A stretch of 35,297 bases of DNA, taken from assembly GCA_044345135.1 (NCBI GenBank), contig JBIJBR010000001.1, positions 1 to 35,297 of the forward strand. Direction: 5' to 3'. Each line of letters starts with the position of its first letter. The first letter of the stretch is position 1. A program made the translations under genes and the position numbers. Under the pieces are notes generated by a model. That model had not been told where the DNA came from. It ran no database searches and saw only the letters and a list, made by a program, of their open reading frames with translations. Below, piece by piece: positions 34,522-35,297 of the stretch. Source of the stretch: Vampirovibrionales bacterium (lineage in GTDB: Bacteria > Cyanobacteriota > Vampirovibrionia > Vampirovibrionales > JAJTHC01).

Positions 34522-34791
34522 TTATACGGAAGGCTCTACCGTACAGGCACGATGCGATCCATCACAAAAAGGAGCCGTTTTACTTTGCTTGCAACGACAA
34601 ATAGCAACGCTTTCAGGGTGTTCGGTGATTTCAAAAAGAATGGGACGAAGGGTGGTTCCACGGTGACTGCCGTCACAAAAGGTGCCATCCGCACTCAGGC
34701 CACAAGCACAGTATGCATACTTTTTGGGTTCAAGGGTTAAGCAGTTGGGGCTGGTGGCCGCAATATGAGGTGTATTGGCATCTTCAGTCAT
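34522..34791 (-). CDS. CDGSH-type iron-sulfur domain protein (two CDGSH motifs)
   Basis: CACGLSADGTFCDGSH and CRCKQSKTAPFCDGSH. It lies 18 nt upstream of trhO on the same strand. Confidence 0.85.
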   Translation of the reverse strand: MTEDANTPHIAATSPNCLTLEPKKYAYCACGLSADGTFCDGSHRGTTLRPILFEITEHPESVAICRCKQSKTAPFCDGSHRACTVEPSV

Positions 34792-34873
34792 GGGGAGTCT
34801 TTCCTTCTTTGATTCAGAGAGTCTTTAAACACGGATTTAATCTAATACATGAATTCTAACATGAATAAGATTT

Positions 34874-35297
34874 TTATCCAGGCACCTTCACCGAAGCTCT
34901 CAAGGGTTTTGCGGTTGAAGCTTCCACCGCGCGCGGAGCATGCGTCTGCGTATTCATCAGTGGTTCTGGGGTGACACGTTCTGGGGTCGGCTTAGGGGTT
35001 GAGGTGCTTGATACAGCGGGAAGCGGGGCCACTTTAATAGAAGTTTTCGGCGCAAGATTCAAATAATGGATACTTTCTAAGGCCACCCGCCTAAAGATGG
35101 GAGCCGCTACCGTAGAGCCCCAACTTTCGGCCATTTTAGGACTATCCACCACCACCATCATCATAATTTCAGGAGATTCTGCAGGAAAGTAGCCACTAAA
35201 ACTGGTGACGAGTCCGCCATTGGCGTAGCCTCCCCCGCGTGCTTTTTTGGCCGTCCCTGTTTTACCCGCGACTCTCATAAAGCCTAGGTAAGCGGGG
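34874..35297 (-). CDS. Penicillin-binding protein transpeptidase, C-terminal part (gene continues past the right edge)
   Basis: The frame is open to the window end (PAYLGFMRVAGKTGTAKKA...). KTGT motif and GSTVAAPIF, then a Pro/Thr-rich tail. Confidence 0.85.
   Translation of the reverse strand, partial: PAYLGFMRVAGKTGTAKKARGGGYANGGLVTSFSGYFPAESPEIMMMVVVDSPKMAESWGSTVAAPIFRRVALESIHYLNLAPKTSIKVAPLPAVSSTSTPKPTPERVTPEPLMNTQTHAPRAVEASTAKPLRASVKVPG

Overview
This is 35.3 kb of bacterial chromosome with genes on both strands. Most are housekeeping genes: nusB (partial), lpxA, a GlmU acetyltransferase-domain-only gene, hup, dnaX, comF, hom, comEC, era, purN, pyrF, gap, trpC, mtaB, punA, an Amidase_3 cell-wall amidase, murI, trhO, a CDGSH protein and a partial PBP. 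About a dozen lineage-specific ORFs lie between them. LpxA, the amidase and a type IV pilin-like gene point to a diderm. HU and several enzymes look cyanobacterium-like and no photosynthesis genes are in view, which is consistent with (but does not prove) a Vampirovibrionia/Melainabacteria-type organism. I saw no rRNA, tRNA, CRISPR array, prophage or recognisable defence system. The only mobile DNA is a decayed IS5-family element that keeps perfect 14-bp terminal inverted repeats. No complete novel multi-gene system is evident. The best candidates for new biology are: (1) three AT-rich orphan genes that share only an N-terminal module (S/P-rich stretch then QRQG), two of them in tandem around a zinc-ribbon ORF relic; (2) two paralogous small proteins built from R-W-Y-D/E repeats, each head-to-head with a nucleotide-metabolism gene and one fused into an operon with purN; (3) a phosphoglycosyl-transferase homologue that has lost the catalytic Asp-Glu dyad, convergent with a PgaC-like synthase; (4) a ComEC whose nuclease domain looks degenerate and carries polybasic inserts; (5) a split GlmU next to lpxA; (6) a C10 tract inside an orphan membrane-protein gene. 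All functional statements come from motif recognition by eye, and no database search was run.
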